The notes under the pieces were generated by a model. The model saw nothing but the letters and a program-made list of their open reading frames with translations, did no database searches and was not told where the DNA came from. A DNA stretch of 64,000 bases from the human T2T-CHM13v2.0 reference genome, Homo sapiens, in assembly GCF_009914755.1 (NCBI RefSeq), contig NC_060928.1; one strand, 5' to 3'. Shown here piece after piece: positions 60,010 to 64,000 of this stretch; position 1 is the stretch's first letter, and each line of letters begins with the position of its first letter. A program made the translations under genes and the position numbers.

Positions 60010-60225
60010 AATCTTAATAGTGCTTTGGGATTACCTGAGTATTTTTCTCCACATCATTCAATTAAACTCTTGCGAGTTAATTCTGGTGAGATAAGCCTGA
60101 TATGGTGACCTCCCGTTTACAGCAGTTAAGATTCATTCAACCTCAGAATGTTTAAGTAAACCAGCGAACTGAGAAGTTAGAACTTGAACCCAGGTCTTCT
60201 GACTCCCAATCAAGAATAGCTTCCA
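60010..60225 (-). mobile_element. MIR
   Basis: cccgtttacag...tttaagtaa...gaacttgaacccaggtcttctgactcc. Confidence 0.65.
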
Positions 60226-60307
60226 GATGTAGAAAAAGTTGTATTTTTTTTTTCCTATAACATGATATAATTTCAGAGCTGAACAAAAGCTTAATGATCA
60301 GTTATTC

Positions 60308-60518
60308 CAGAGACTGGCAAACATTTCTGGAAAGAACATAGAGTAAATATATTGGTTTTTGCAGGCTGTACAGTATTTGTCACAAATACTGATTTCTAAC
60401 ATTGTAGCATTGAAACAGACATAAACAACATGTGGTAAAGGAATGGTCCCGATAGAACTTTTACAGAAACAGGCTTCAGGCAGAATTTGATCCATGGGTT
60501 ATAGTTTACTGATACCTG
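60308..60518. mobile_element. MER58A-like hAT MITE
   Basis: cagagactggcaaacatttct...gtaaatatatt...gcagaatttgatccatgggttatagttt...cctg. Confidence 0.75.
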
Positions 60519-61401
60519 ATTTACTCTCTCTCAGCCTTATTTCTGAGGCAAAAAAAATATCGCCACTCTGGAAAGTTTACTAGACTTGTGCAGGCTTCTT
60601 CTGGCTATAGCATAGCAATCTAGTTTATCTTGCTGCTTTTTCAGTCTAATTGGCAAGGTTTGTACATTCTGTATCTTCAGCCTTATAAGGTATGGTGCAA
60701 GTATTACGCTAATTGGCTTTTTTTGTGGTGCTCATGGAATTTGTTTAGGTAGCCAATAATATCTTAATTGTGCTGAAAAAAGTTCATTGATTATATCTTT
60801 CTCTGGAGACTCACAGACACCCAGTCCCTTGAACTGCTGATCTGCCTTTCTTCAGGATTCTTCACTCTCCAGCATTGGAAAACAGTCTTTAATAAGCACA
60901 ATTGGCAGCAGTGACATCTATTCAACGTTGCAACTTAGACTCCTAACAGATCACAGGAAATCTTAAAATTGTTCCCTCAATCTCATACTCCAAGGGAGCT
61001 ATAATTAATTTTGAGTTGTTACTTATACTTACGTCAAAAATAAAATATTTATATAGTTGTGTTTTGTATTTTTCATTTGATCATTCTTTGGGGAAAGATG
61101 CAATATGTTCACGTAAAATAACATAATGTAAAACAAGCAGATATTTTCCAAGTGTGTTTGATTTGTTATTCAAGTACGAATCCTGCTAGCAACCTTAGTC
61201 AAAGGCCAGAATTTTATGTCTATAATCAGAGCCCTATGATTTGATTTTAGAAAACCTATCTTTATTACATTTTCTGCTTTTAAAGGACTCTGTGTTTTAT
61301 GTTAATGTCAGGCCAGTTATGTTCCTCCATGGTGCTTGGTGTTTAAACTAGAAGATTAAAAACAAGTTAGAAAAATTTTCTGCTTAGAGTTATCCCTATC
61401 C

Positions 61402-61404
<3 letters not shown>

Positions 61405-61442
<38 letters not shown>
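61405..61442. repeat. Perfect (TG)19 microsatellite
   Basis: 38 nt of uninterrupted TG. Confidence 0.97.
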
Positions 61443-61445
<3 letters not shown>

Positions 61446-62139
61446 CAAGAGAGCAAATATTAACTATTTCTTTGCAATCCAAATGCACTTTTTAATTTTG
61501 GATGAAATTGATAATACACATACTTCTAATTTAGCTTTATTTTTTTTCCTCATGAAGAAGGCAGTAGAAGCTATTTGCATATCATTATAAAACTACCCTT
61601 TCAATCTAAGAGGGAAGCCAGAACGTGAGCCCTGGGGGAGTCTCTGTTTGTGTCTATATTCAAGTTTTGCTGTCTCTGTTTTAATAAATGAGTTCTTATG
61701 TAATCATATAGAGTTGAAACCTTGGTGGTTGCTATAGGGAAAACATAAATGCAAAATGAAACATAGTATCAGGCAGTGATAGTATTCTCCATGTGGAGCA
61801 GACTTAAAGTAAACACAAAGTTAAAGGGAAAAACCAGGTATTATTTCCTAGTTATATCCTGAATATAGTCTAATGTTGCGTTGGTATTTAGAGATGTAGG
61901 AGAAAATATTGTGGGAAATTCATAAAAATAAATTAGATACTAAAGCATTTTGATAATCAAGTGTTGAGGATTATTGGTAAAAATGATCAATGCTTTGCCT
62001 TTGGATATTTTGAAAATTTTTGTAAACACTTAAAAAGTGGAACCTTACAATGAGGTGAAGAAAAAGAAAAACAGAAAAAAGATAAACTGCAAAGAGGGAA
62101 GATAAAAATAAATGAACAATTCTATTAAAACCAATTTAT

Positions 62140-62468
<329 letters not shown>

Positions 62469-62799
62469 TTAAAAAATTCCACCCCTATTTTCTTATCCTT
62501 GGCAGATTTCTTTCTTTGTTACTAGGAAAGTACATGTTAGTCTATATGGATATTTGAAACCAACTTTGGTGTACAGTTTCATCACTGATCACTGTGGTAC
62601 CTAGATATGAGATGCCCTGAGAAATATTTATAGTTATCCTGTGTCATTTGGGAAAGAAGTAAGTTCATTCAGCATTGATTTGTAATAATTAGTGCTTACC
62701 TTGATGTTAAATATTGTGTTCAAGAAAGGGGAGAAGCATATACTTTCCAGCACAGAATTGGTAATACTTCTCTAGAATATGGATTCAGTATTGATTATG

Positions 62800-62900
62800 T
62801 TTTTATTTTCCTTCTTTCTTTCCTTCCTCTCTCCTTCTCTGCCTTTCTTTCTTCTTTTTTTCTTCCTTCCTTTGTTATTCCTTGAGACTTCTTTCACATT
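62800..62900. repeat. CT-rich polypyrimidine low-complexity tract
   Basis: ttccttctttctttccttcctctctccttctct... Confidence 0.8.
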
Positions 62901-63951
62901 CAGCCTTTTGTATTTTCACAAAAGGGATTTTTGAATATTGCTACAAACTATAGTTTTGTAGTAGGAGCATTTGGAATACTCAACATTTGTTGCTTTTGGC
63001 CAAAGTCCATCACAATTTCTAGAGTAGAGAACTGGCTTACTATGAGCCTTAAGCATCTCAGATGTTTTAAGCAGAATAGAGTTAGAATGAGTTTTTGAAT
63101 GTGAAAAAAAAAAAACCAGATGAATTCCTTTGCATCAGATAAGCATACTTCTCGCGTAAGTTTGGCTTTACTTTTGGTGTAATCAAGTAAGAAGAAAAAA
63201 GTTGTTTGGAAAGTAAAGTCCATTTATAAAGCAGTAAGAAAGTTGTCTTTCCTAGAATTGTCTCTTGAGTTATCTTTACGCAACAGCATCATTTTGAAAC
63301 AAAGCACAGAATAAGGGTCATGTACAAGATGCTGTAACTTGAAAGGTCTTTGTATATACATCTTTGGATCTAGAGAAACATAGTGACATCTGCCTTTGAT
63401 TATCATTAGATGGACAAATTCTAATTCTAGGACTGTATTTAAAACATTTCAACATGCACAATGATATTATATGTTCTGGGAAAGTGGCACATGGTGGTTA
63501 TTTTTAACATAATTATAGATGTCTGACTGGTCATTTTTGAAATAAATTATTTTTTAAAAGACTTTCATGAAAAAAATAGAATTCTTCATGGCTCAAGCCA
63601 TGTTTATCTTGGGAAAATTCAAAATAAACTATTTGAATAAAAATTTCTGTTTGCTTTACAATTGTCCAGATTAACTTTACAGAAACTTTTTGTTAATTGC
63701 TAACATATCTAGTTTGTTCAACTACTCATATTGTACTTCTCCTGACATTGTAAAACAGTTAAAGAAAATGGGAAAACATGGTTTCAAGGTTTGGTTCAGA
63801 AAAAAACTATTAGGATAATTATAGTATAGAAAAACAATTAGCTGCACATGCATTTTTACTGTAGACCAGGGTTCCTTACCTTTAGGAATCAAATCACTAT
63901 ATGTAGATACAATCATTTTTACTCTGTGGGTTGCTTACCTCCATTTTGCAG

Positions 63952-64000
63952 ATTGTTTTAAATTTTACAACGATGGATCTATACAAGAGTAGTTTGTGCT
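63952..64000 (+). CDS. TLL1: TLL1 coding exon 10, cut by the window end (IVLNFTTMDLYKSSLC...)
   Basis: cctccattttgcag|ATT GTT TTA AAT TTT ACA...; phase 0, continues CUB1 from exon 9. Confidence 0.95.
   Translation, partial: MVLNFTTMDLYKSSLC

Overview
AT-rich primate (very probably human) genomic DNA from inside the + strand gene TLL1 (tolloid-like 1, a BMP1/tolloid astacin metalloprotease). The window starts in intron 1. It holds coding exons 2-9 in full (prodomain, furin site RVPR|AA, whole catalytic domain with [11 protein letters not shown] and the SIMHY Met-turn, start of CUB1) and the first 49 nt of exon 10. All junctions are GT-AG and the exons join into one open frame. Introns carry Alu, L1, L2, MIR, MaLR LTR (THE1/MST/MLT1) and hAT MER elements. 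The most interesting structure is an alternative terminal exon in intron 9 (55068-~55580), built from an antisense L1 splice acceptor plus a downstream AATAAA. It gives a truncated protease ending ...GEK-VVFSLC*, which matches my recollection of the annotated short TLL1 isoform. Related observations are a homologous latent acceptor in an intron 7 L1, inverted Alus bracketing the terminal exon, cryptic splice sites and a transposon deletion scar. I see no evidence for an entirely new biological system, and there are no prokaryotic features. Repeat subfamilies and boundaries were called by eye and are approximate.
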